Assembly (NCBI GenBank): GCA_028693285.1
Contig: JAQUVQ010000009.1
Location: 165 to 64,164, forward strand
Reading direction: 5' to 3'
Origin: Smithellaceae bacterium
Lineage (GTDB): Bacteria > Desulfobacterota > Syntrophia > Syntrophales > Smithellaceae
DNA length: 64,000 bases
Shown here: positions 56,144 to 64,000 of the stretch, piece after piece
Position numbering within the stretch: the first letter of the stretch is position 1
How the letters are laid out: each line of letters starts with the position of its first letter
Notes under the pieces: model-generated
The model's database searches: none
Told to the model about the DNA's origin: nothing
What the model saw: only the letters and a program-made list of their open reading frames with translations
Made by a program: the position numbers and the translations under genes

Positions 56144-58714
56144 GTGGCATTGCTGAGAAACTCATACCGATTTCTGCGCCAGGCGTTCAGTCTGCGCATC
56201 TGGTTGACCAGCCTCATTGTTATTCTGCTGATCCTTCTGTTGGCTCTGACCGTGAACAACGCGCGGGAAAAGGAAATGGCGGATTTGTTCAGCCGCCAGC
56301 AGTTGGCGTCCGCTCAAAACGCCTCCGCCCGCATGACGGAAATTCTTTCGCAGGTTGAAAGAAACGTCGCTCTGTTCTCCTACTTTGATCCCAACGGAAA
56401 AATTCTGTCGCCGAAAGATCACCGGGAAATCGAAATCCTTTATTCCGTTTGGGGAAAAACGATCGACGCCGTGCTGGTGTTTGACGCCCGGGAGGGCGTC
56501 CGGCGCGTTCTGTCGCAGGAGGCGCTGCCCCGCGTCAACCTGATCCCCCATTTCCGGATCCTGAAAAATCAGAAACGGCAATATTTAAGTCTGGCCCTGT
56601 CCGATGTTCGCGCAGGCGGCGCCCCGGCTTCCAGACAGGATTGGTATTTAATATGGGGGAATCCCATCTGGCGCGACCGCAATATTTTTGACGGCGCGTG
56701 GATGGTGTCCTTTTCACTGGCCGCGCTGGTCCATGCCGGAGAAAGGCAAATTCAGGAAAACCGGCTGGGAGACCTTTGGCTGATCGATGACCGGGGGCGG
56801 ATTGTCCTGCATCCGAATTCGCCCTACATCGGCAAGAACACCGGTGATCTAGTCCGGGACAGCCGGGGAAACGCAATCACCCTTTCGCCGGCAGGAGGAA
56901 GACTCATTGACGCGAGGGTTTTACGGCAAAGCGGCGCTTTGGAAAGAAGCGTTATTGCCTACTATCCGTTTCAGGTTGCCGGGAACAGCTGGTCCGTCAT
57001 GGTGAGCGCTCCCTACGCCGAGGTCGTCGCTCCCGTGCGCACGACTTTTCTTTACACGATGTTCAGCGCATTTCTGCTGATGCTGATCCTGGTGGTCGCC
57101 GGCATCTTTTACGCGTTCCGGGAGGGAAGGCGATTGCGGATGCGGGAGGTGCAGGAGCGGCTGAAGGAGCGTGAGACCTGGCAGGAGAAACTGCTTCGGG
57201 AAAAGAAAACGATTGAAGGCATCATCGAAGGATCGCCCATTCCCAGCTTCGTGATCAACAAACAGCATCAGGTGATTCTGTGGAACAGGGCCTGCGTGGA
57301 GCTGACCGGGCAGTCGGCGGAAGACACGCTGGGGACGGACGGTCATTACCGGGCGTTTTACCCCGTCAAAAGGCCCATGGTGGCCGACTTGATCATCGAC
57401 AGCGACATCGACGCGCTCAACAAGTACTACAGCGCCAAAAAAGTCAAAAAATCGGAAAAGGTGCTGGGCGCCTATGAAGCCTACGATTATTACGAAAACC
57501 TCGGCGGCCGCAGCCGGTACATGTATTTTCTCGCGGCGCCGATTTATGACGAGGATGGGAACATCATCGCGGCGATTGAAACGCTTCAGGACATCTCCCG
57601 CGAGCAGGAGCTGACGCGCAGCCTGCAGGAATACGCCGAGACGCTGCAGAATGAACTCTCGGAGAACATCGAGCTCCGCAAAGAGATCGAAGGCCTGCTG
57701 AATTACATGCAGTCCATTGTGAAAAGCCTGCCGGATAAAATCTATGAGCTGGACAAGGACGGCGTCATCAACTTTATCAGTTGGGGGCTGAAGAAACCCA
57801 AAAATGAATTTCGTGGAAGGCATTTTCTGGAATTTGTCGCGCCGGAGAACGCGGATTTTGTCGTTTCCAAGTGGGAAGACGCCAAGCGGGGAAACTACTC
57901 CCCCTATGAGATTGAAACGGTGGCCCAGGACGGGCGCAAGGTTAATTTAATGGTGACGACGTCCCCGGTGATCGGGAGCGACCATTACATCCTGGTGCAG
58001 AGAGACATTACCGAGTTCAAGAACCTGGAAAAGAAGCTTTACGACAGCCAGAAGCTCGCGGCGCTGGGGCAGCTTTCCGCCGGCATTGCCCATGAAATCC
58101 GCAATCCGCTCTCGTCCATCAAGATGAGCCTCCAGATTCTGGAAAAACGCATCAAGCCCGAAGGCAACGATCTGAAACGCTTCAAAATCGCGCAAAAGGA
58201 AGTCGAGCACCTCGAAGAGCTGGTGAACAACGTTCTGGTGTTTGCCAAACCGATGGAGCCCAAAATCGAATCGGTCGATCTTGCGAAAGTCCTGGACCAG
58301 GCGGCGGCTCTCTCCGAGCACATTATTCAGGATAAAAAAATTAATGTTACCCAGGACACCCGGGATGTTCCCGCGGTGAACGTGGATGTGGCGATGATTA
58401 CGGACGCTTTCGTCAACATCATCCGCAACGCGGTGGAGGCGATGGAGGACGGCGGCCACATTCACATTTACGCCCGCAGCATCGGATCCCGGCCGCCTTC
58501 CGTGCTGGTGGTCGTGGAAGACGATGGCTGCGGCATCGACGATGCGGACATGCCCCATCTGTATAATCCGTTTTTCACAAAGAAGAAATACGGGACGGGC
58601 CTCGGCCTGTCGCAGGTCCTGAAGATCGTGGAAGTGCACCAGGGGAAGCTGGAGATCATCAGCGAGAAAGGCAAGGGCACGAAAGTTTGCGTGACATTAC
58701 CCTGCAATAAATGA
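56144..58714 (+). CDS. sensor histidine kinase (periplasmic Cache-like domain, two PAS, HisKA, HATPase)
   Basis: TM, roughly 260-aa ectodomain, TM, PAS x2, H-box SAGIAHEIRNPL, N/G boxes (IIRNAVEAM, DDGCGI, GTGLGLS). Confidence 0.9.
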   Translation: MALLRNSYRFLRQAFSLRIWLTSLIVILLILLLALTVNNAREKEMADLFSRQQLASAQNASARMTEILSQVERNVALFSYFDPNGKILSPKDHREIEILYSVWGKTIDAVLVFDAREGVRRVLSQEALPRVNLIPHFRILKNQKRQYLSLALSDVRAGGAPASRQDWYLIWGNPIWRDRNIFDGAWMVSFSLAALVHAGERQIQENRLGDLWLIDDRGRIVLHPNSPYIGKNTGDLVRDSRGNAITLSPAGGRLIDARVLRQSGALERSVIAYYPFQVAGNSWSVMVSAPYAEVVAPVRTTFLYTMFSAFLLMLILVVAGIFYAFREGRRLRMREVQERLKERETWQEKLLREKKTIEGIIEGSPIPSFVINKQHQVILWNRACVELTGQSAEDTLGTDGHYRAFYPVKRPMVADLIIDSDIDALNKYYSAKKVKKSEKVLGAYEAYDYYENLGGRSRYMYFLAAPIYDEDGNIIAAIETLQDISREQELTRSLQEYAETLQNELSENIELRKEIEGLLNYMQSIVKSLPDKIYELDKDGVINFISWGLKKPKNEFRGRHFLEFVAPENADFVVSKWEDAKRGNYSPYEIETVAQDGRKVNLMVTTSPVIGSDHYILVQRDITEFKNLEKKLYDSQKLAALGQLSAGIAHEIRNPLSSIKMSLQILEKRIKPEGNDLKRFKIAQKEVEHLEELVNNVLVFAKPMEPKIESVDLAKVLDQAAALSEHIIQDKKINVTQDTRDVPAVNVDVAMITDAFVNIIRNAVEAMEDGGHIHIYARSIGSRPPSVLVVVEDDGCGIDDADMPHLYNPFFTKKKYGTGLGLSQVLKIVEVHQGKLEIISEKGKGTKVCVTLPCNK

Positions 58715-58782
58715 CGGATCGTTTTCGAAGAGGGGACTGAAACTCCGAAAGAAAGCGCGCCGCGGCGCAGGCAGCGAAGGTT

Positions 58783-60174
58783 ATGACTATGGCAAGTATT
58801 CTGGTGATTGATGACGATGCATCCATTGCGGAAACGCTGGATTTGTATTTAACCGAAGAGGGATACAGCGTCCGGACGGCGCTGACCGGCACCGACGGAC
58901 TGAACAAATACGTCCAGGAGCCTTCGGACGTGGTCATTCTGGACATTCGCCTGCCGGACGTGGACGGGTTCGCCGTCCTGGAAGACCTCAAGGAAGAAAA
59001 TGAAAACGTCAAGGTGATCATGATCACCGCTTTCCACGACATGGAAACGACGATCAACGCCATGAAGGGCGGCGCCTTTGACTATATTCACAAGCCGGTC
59101 AACGTGGACGAATTGGATCTGGCCATCCGGAAAGCCCTGAAATCCCTGGAGATGGAGAAGAAAATCGACGGGCTGCTGATGGAGCCGTCGCGCAGTTTCC
59201 GGGTGGGGGACATCATCGGGACCGGCAACGAGATGCGGGAAATTTTCAAGACGATCGGCACCGTATCCCAGAGCCGAACGACGGTGCTGATTTACGGAGA
59301 AAGCGGCACCGGCAAGGAATTGATCGCCAAGGTGATTCACAACAACACTTCTCCGGACGAACCGTTTATCGCCGTGAACTGCTCCGCCATCGTGGAGACG
59401 CTTCTGGAATCGGAGTTGTTCGGCCACGAAAAGGGGTCCTTTACCGGCGCCATCGCGCGCAAGCTGGGCAAGTTCGAGCTGGCCCGGTTCGGCACCGTGT
59501 TCCTCGACGAAATCAGCGAGATGTCGGTGAATCTCCAGGCGAAGCTTTTGCGCGTTCTGCAGGAGATGGAATTCGAGCGCGTCGGGGGCAAGGACAGGGT
59601 GAAGGTCAATGCCCGCATCATGGCCGCCACGAATAAAGACCTGCGGGCGATGGTCAAGGAGGGGAAATTCCGGGATGACCTGTTTTACCGTCTGAACATT
59701 GTTTCCATCCACCTGCCGCCGCTTCGCAGCCGGCGCCAGGACATTCCGCCTTTGATTGATTACCTGCTTTCGAAAATCAATCTGGATCTGCATAAAAAAA
59801 TCATCGGCGTTTCCGGCGAAATGATGGAGAAGTTTATGACGTATCCCTGGCCGGGAAACGTTCGCGAGCTGGAGAATCTGCTGGTCCGGGCGTGCGTCAT
59901 CGCCAAAGGCCAGGTGCTGGGCGTCGGAGATTTTCCGGAGCTGGGCAAGGATTATGAGGCGCTCCCGGATAAGAAAGACACGACCGGGGAGGTGTTCACG
60001 CCGGAAGAGCCGGGCAAATTTTTGACGCTGGATCAGATTGAAGAACGTTACATTCGCAAGATCATCAAGGAAACCAGCAAGAACAAGGGGGAAATCTGCG
60101 AGACGCTCGGCATTTCCCGCCCCACGTTCGAACGCAAGCTGGAAAAATACGGCATCACCTTTGAACGGGACTAA
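58783..60174 (+). CDS. sigma54-dependent response regulator (NtrC/AtoC family enhancer-binding protein)
   Basis: Receiver (ILVIDDD, ILDIRLPDVDG, HKP), AAA+ domain (GESGTGKE, GSFTGA loop, FLDEI, RDDLFYRL) and a Fis-type HTH (ICETLGISRPTFERKLEKYGI). Confidence 0.93.
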   Translation: MTMASILVIDDDASIAETLDLYLTEEGYSVRTALTGTDGLNKYVQEPSDVVILDIRLPDVDGFAVLEDLKEENENVKVIMITAFHDMETTINAMKGGAFDYIHKPVNVDELDLAIRKALKSLEMEKKIDGLLMEPSRSFRVGDIIGTGNEMREIFKTIGTVSQSRTTVLIYGESGTGKELIAKVIHNNTSPDEPFIAVNCSAIVETLLESELFGHEKGSFTGAIARKLGKFELARFGTVFLDEISEMSVNLQAKLLRVLQEMEFERVGGKDRVKVNARIMAATNKDLRAMVKEGKFRDDLFYRLNIVSIHLPPLRSRRQDIPPLIDYLLSKINLDLHKKIIGVSGEMMEKFMTYPWPGNVRELENLLVRACVIAKGQVLGVGDFPELGKDYEALPDKKDTTGEVFTPEEPGKFLTLDQIEERYIRKIIKETSKNKGEICETLGISRPTFERKLEKYGITFERD

Positions 60175-60218
60175 CCGGCGCCCCATTGCTGGAAACCTGT
60201 TTTGCGCCAATACCGATA

Positions 60219-61937
60219 TTAATGTTCGAAGTGCAGAACAATCCTTGACCGGCCGTCTTTTTCCGAAACAGTGATTGCGTCGGCGTCTTTCCGTATTAAG
60301 CGCAGAGAGAGCTGCGCGATCGAAACATCCGCATCCACCGAGAGAGGCTCAACGTAATCCCCGGTGAGCGCGAGCGGTTTTCCTTCGTACTGCAGAGTCA
60401 GATCCAGGTTGAATTCGTCAAACATCATTTCCAGACGCACGGGCTTTTGCGTCAGCTCAAGGGCGGCCATCAGCTCCAGGAGTTCGTTCAGCGCGTGCGT
60501 GGCCTGCGTGATCACGGCGGGCCTTGCGCCCCAGAGGCCGCCCTGCTTTTCCATAAGATCCGCAAGCTCCTCATACCTGGTTTTGTCCAACTCCAGGGTC
60601 GAGACCGTTTTTTTCTTGAGGCCGATTTGAAAAAGGATTGTGAGCCCGATGGCCAGCAGCGTGGAAAGATAAAGCGACGAACCGAAAATCGGGCGAAGCC
60701 AGGAAATCCCGATCCGGCTGTACACGTCCAGCAGAGCCGTGACGCTCAAACCGAAAATCATCGAGATCCCCAGAATAAAAATCTTCCGGGCATCCATCAT
60801 CCTCGACATCATGATCTGAAGGCCGGTGAAGATAATGAAGCAGACGGCAAAAAGAGGGGTTGCTCCCATCACCGGCTGCGGCATGACCACGAAAACCTCG
60901 GCAAACCGCGGCAGGAAGGCGAGCAGAATCAGAATTCCGCCCGTGGTGAACGCAATCGAACGGCTGGTGGCGCCGGTTCCCAGTGACAGCCCGATGTTGC
61001 TGGAGGCCGTGGACTGCCCCATGCCTCCCAGAACGCCGCTGAGACTGACGCTCATGCCGTCCGCCAGCAGGCCCTTCTTGAGGCTGGGCATGTCGGGCCG
61101 CTTCCACTCCGCGTCGTTGATCTTCTGGCAGGTCGTCAGATTCCCGATCGTCTTTACCGACGTGCAGAGGCTGGCGATCAGAAAGGGGATGATCAGCGAG
61201 GCGTCGAACGACCAGCCCAGCATGGACCAATCCGGCGCGGCCAAAAGGGGTTTGTCCAGAATCTGCTTAAAATGCGCCTCGGGCAGAAGGCCGGTCAGGT
61301 ATGAAACGATGTACCCTGTCACCATGCCGATGATGACGGAAAACAGGCGAAGCTTGCCCTTGCTCCATACCGTGATCGCCACCATGGTTCCCAGCGTAAT
61401 CAGGGAAACGACCAGGACGTTCGGGTTGATCGCAGCTCCCTCTCCTCCGGCGATTCCCAGAAAGTTTTTTGTCGCCACCGGAATGACCGATATGCCCACC
61501 ATCGTTACGACCAGCCCCATGACTTCGGGCGTAAAGATTCTGCGCAGACGGTGAACGACGCGCGAAAGGATCATTTCAAAAACGCCGCTGAGCGCGGTCA
61601 TCCCCAGCACCAGCGGCAGACCGCCGATTTTGGCGGCCATCACGGACGCGGAGATATAGGCGGGTTCGCAGACGGAAGGCGCAAAATAACCGGACCCGAC
61701 GCCCTTTCTGTTCAGGGCCTGAAGGATGACCGCGATCCCGCCGGCCAGAAGCGACATGCTGATAAAAAACCCCGCCTGCCCAGCCGATGCACCCATGCCC
61801 TGAAGCACGATGATGGCAAAGATCAGGGCCGTCGTGACGTGAAAACTGTGCTGCAAACCTAGCAGCAGACGAATCGGCAGCGGGACGGGATCATCAAGTC
61901 CGTAGATCAGATTTGCGGGTTTGCGTTTTTGATCCAT
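60219..61937 (-). CDS. NCS2 (xanthine/uracil permease) family transporter with roughly 130-aa soluble C-terminal extension
   Basis: Polytopic core with the NCS2-like pattern (LLLGLQH, ...GGMGQSTASSNIGL...). ATG at 61937 follows GGAGA. The C-terminal 130 aa are hydrophilic. Confidence 0.72.
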   Translation of the reverse strand: MDQKRKPANLIYGLDDPVPLPIRLLLGLQHSFHVTTALIFAIIVLQGMGASAGQAGFFISMSLLAGGIAVILQALNRKGVGSGYFAPSVCEPAYISASVMAAKIGGLPLVLGMTALSGVFEMILSRVVHRLRRIFTPEVMGLVVTMVGISVIPVATKNFLGIAGGEGAAINPNVLVVSLITLGTMVAITVWSKGKLRLFSVIIGMVTGYIVSYLTGLLPEAHFKQILDKPLLAAPDWSMLGWSFDASLIIPFLIASLCTSVKTIGNLTTCQKINDAEWKRPDMPSLKKGLLADGMSVSLSGVLGGMGQSTASSNIGLSLGTGATSRSIAFTTGGILILLAFLPRFAEVFVVMPQPVMGATPLFAVCFIIFTGLQIMMSRMMDARKIFILGISMIFGLSVTALLDVYSRIGISWLRPIFGSSLYLSTLLAIGLTILFQIGLKKKTVSTLELDKTRYEELADLMEKQGGLWGARPAVITQATHALNELLELMAALELTQKPVRLEMMFDEFNLDLTLQYEGKPLALTGDYVEPLSVDADVSIAQLSLRLIRKDADAITVSEKDGRSRIVLHFEH

Positions 61938-61963
61938 TCCGTCTCCAGATATGGAATTCTTAA

Positions 61964-61981
61964 ATGCAAAGCTTTTTCCGG
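61964..61981 (-). promoter_or_regulatory. weak candidate sigma54 promoter upstream of the NCS2 permease
   Basis: The minus strand reads CCGGAAaaagctTTGCAT. GG/GC spacing is correct and the -12 TTGCAT is perfect, but the -24 element is poor (CGGAAA versus TGGCAC). Confidence 0.3.
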
Positions 61982-62145
61982 ATATAGAAGACGTATCCAT
62001 TTAAAATCAAAATCATGAATGGATTTGTTTTCGTCGCTCATCTGCCTGTCGCTTCGGTCTTTCCTTTCTGATTTCCATCCAATCCTTGGGCCGGCTGATG
62101 GCCTTAAATCCCGCTTTCTCGTACACACCGTTTTTGAATACCTCT

Positions 62146-62835
62146 CTAATTTTCTTCTTTGCCGATCAGGCGATAAATCAGTGCGCCAAGCATGCCGCCG
62201 ACAATCGGGGCCACCCAGAAGAGCCAAAGCTGTGAAATCGCCCAACCGCCTGCATATAGAGCAACGCCCGTACTGCGCGCAGGATTCACCGAGGTGTTGG
62301 TAACCGGGATGCTGATCAAATGGATAAGTGTCAGGCACAACCCGATGGCAATCGGCGCGAAGCCCTGCGGCGCGCGTTTGTCGGTGGCGCCCATAATGAC
62401 AAAGATAAACATCATGGTCATGACCACTTCGGTAATCAGGGCAGCCGGCAAACTATATCCCCCGGGCGAATGGGCGCCGTAGCCGTTTGAGGCAAAACCG
62501 GCGGATAGATCAAAGCCTGCCTGACCGGAAGCAATGAGATACAGAACGCCCCCTGCTGCGATTCCGCCCAAAACCTGCGCGACAACGTAGGGCGGCAACT
62601 CTTTTGCCGGGAAGCGACCGCCGGCCCAGAGACCAAACGAAACAGCCGGATTGAGATGGCAGCCGGAGATGTGCCCGATGGCGAAGGCCATCGTCAGCAC
62701 GGTCAAGCCGAAAGCGAGGGATACGCCAAGCAAACCGATTCCTACATTGGGAAACGCCGCAGCCAATACCGCACTGCCGCACCCACCGAGAACCAACCAG
62801 AAAGTTCCAAAAAACTCTGCGCCGTATTTTTTCAT
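62146..62835 (-). CDS. aqpZ: aquaporin Z
   Basis: Two NPA boxes (HLNPAVS, SVNPARS) and six TM helices. ATG at 62835 follows GGAGGA. Confidence 0.93.
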   Translation of the reverse strand: MKKYGAEFFGTFWLVLGGCGSAVLAAAFPNVGIGLLGVSLAFGLTVLTMAFAIGHISGCHLNPAVSFGLWAGGRFPAKELPPYVVAQVLGGIAAGGVLYLIASGQAGFDLSAGFASNGYGAHSPGGYSLPAALITEVVMTMMFIFVIMGATDKRAPQGFAPIAIGLCLTLIHLISIPVTNTSVNPARSTGVALYAGGWAISQLWLFWVAPIVGGMLGALIYRLIGKEEN

Positions 62836-62927
62836 GTCTTTCCTCCTTTGCATTGTCGATTATATGTCCAACGTGTTGGTCAGCCGCGGCCGAAGGCCGT
62901 CGGCTGACTTTGCCGGTCGTGTGTTCT

Positions 62928-63779
62928 CTAAGACTTTTTTGCTATTACTGCAAATTCCCTGCTCTGTGAACAGAATGGTGTCCCAGAGACATCTGAATAA
63001 TAATTTTCAATGGCAAAGCCGCACTCCATAAACTCCCTCTCTAAATCTTCCGGACTGAAATATTGAAGCCAATTGTAGATGGTGCGTGAACGTTCCGCTT
63101 CAATGATCGTGTATTGATCAAGAACCACTTTTTCTTTATCATACTTGAAGGTGTTCAGAAAACCGTAATATGGACCGGGAGACCAAAAGCCATTGAGGAG
63201 ATTCGGTTCATACAGAGTTTTTTCTTCCCGTTCATTAAAGGCATTCAGCGAATACACATCCAGGAGAACCGAACCGGATGGTTCGAGAAACCTTTGGAAC
63301 CGGGAAAGAATATTTCTCCTTTGGGCGGGGCTGAGCGCGCAGAAATCACACATTATCATCAGGATGAGATGAAAGCGATCATCCGTTTCAAAATCCAGGT
63401 AGTTTTGATGGATAAAATCAATGGGCAGTTTTCCCCCGGCGGCCGACTCCCGCGCATACTGAATGGACCTCTTCGAAAAGTCTATGCCCGTCACCGCCGC
63501 ATGCTTTCGTGCCAGACTCACGGCATACAAACCGGGACCGCAGCCGAAGTCGGCAATTTTTTTTCCGGCGCCGATGTCGAATCGGGAAGCCATCCAGTCA
63601 ACCGACCGATCGATGAAAGCCGTGTTGCGCGAGGAGACATCGATTTTTTCGTCCAGGTGGAACCTGAGCATCTGCCGGGATGTATGATCATCGGCCCAGA
63701 GATCGGCTGCCGTGTAAAACCGGAAAGGAGCCGGGCGGGTATTTATTTTTTCAAGACGGTCAAACATCCTGCCATCCAT
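62928..63779 (-). CDS. class I SAM-dependent methyltransferase
   Basis: Motif I IADFGCGPGLYA. 283 aa. The gene looks more AT-rich than its surroundings by eye. Confidence 0.8.
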   Translation of the reverse strand: MDGRMFDRLEKINTRPAPFRFYTAADLWADDHTSRQMLRFHLDEKIDVSSRNTAFIDRSVDWMASRFDIGAGKKIADFGCGPGLYAVSLARKHAAVTGIDFSKRSIQYARESAAGGKLPIDFIHQNYLDFETDDRFHLILMIMCDFCALSPAQRRNILSRFQRFLEPSGSVLLDVYSLNAFNEREEKTLYEPNLLNGFWSPGPYYGFLNTFKYDKEKVVLDQYTIIEAERSRTIYNWLQYFSPEDLEREFMECGFAIENYYSDVSGTPFCSQSREFAVIAKKS

Positions 63780-63845
63780 TCGATTTTTGCATATACCAGA
63801 AACATCAGCCGTCGCGGCGTTCGATTTGTATCTTCGGTTTGTCGG

Positions 63846-64000
63846 TCACAACGTGAAGGAGCGTTCCTCGCCGGCCCGCGCCACGGCATCCCCGGCTGCT
63901 TTTTCCTGCTCCGGCGTGCCGGAAACGGCCAGCCACACGGAACCCTCCGCGCCGCAAACGCCGCCCGCGGCAACCAGATGCGCCTGAACACCGGTGAGGA
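63846..64000 (-). CDS. 3' end of an unidentified CDS running off the window
   Basis: An open frame on the minus strand ends ...GTPEQEKAAGDAVARAGEERSFTL-stop (TGA at 63848-63846). GC-rich third positions. No start is visible and no family was recognised. Confidence 0.3.
   Translation of the reverse strand, partial: LTGVQAHLVAAGGVCGAEGSVWLAVSGTPEQEKAAGDAVARAGEERSFTL

Noticed and set aside
61907-62338. 143-aa minus-strand ORF spanning the aqpZ 3' end and the intergenic region
   Set aside because: It overlaps aqpZ in another frame and matches no recognisable family.

Overview
The window is a GC-rich bacterial chromosomal segment, mostly housekeeping genes with a few accessory insertions. The gene content suggests a Deltaproteobacteria/Desulfobacterota-like organism: a sigma54 enhancer-binding regulator, a TRAP transporter, and an AtpE ending in LLYANPF. 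This placement is an inference, since no search was run. All calls come from reading the ORF track, recalling family motifs, and inspecting the DNA by hand.

Gene content, left to right:
- nadK-recN-GNAT-mltA
- a hipBA toxin-antitoxin module with phased operators, next to an AbiEi-like remnant
- a seven-gene, translationally coupled Wsp-like chemosensory operon whose output is a REC-PP2C phosphatase
- a four-gene coupled operon: circularly permuted iPGM, macrodomain protein, PAS hybrid kinase, DUF721
- pcm and an nlpD-like gene
- carD-yacL-ispDF-gltX-radA
- groESL
- mtfA-like peptidase, alcohol dehydrogenase, glyoxalase, GTP-PEPCK
- TRAP dctPQM
- hisIGB-x-hisA, HIT, yqeY
- dnaG-rpoD, a tRNA with a CAU anticodon, a COG1579 protein, rnhA and RNase P RNA
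- a divergent sensor kinase/sigma54-regulator pair facing a sigma54 promoter that drives a signal-peptide-bearing ATP-synthase c-subunit paralog and an output-less Cache protein
- an NCS2 permease, aqpZ and a methyltransferase

The most notable observations are the sigma54/two-component-controlled orphan c-subunit plus Cache operon, the circularly permuted phosphoglycerate mutase, the rpoD that lacks region 4.2, and the Wsp-like pathway with a PP2C output. I saw no CRISPR array, transposase, integrase or rRNA gene.
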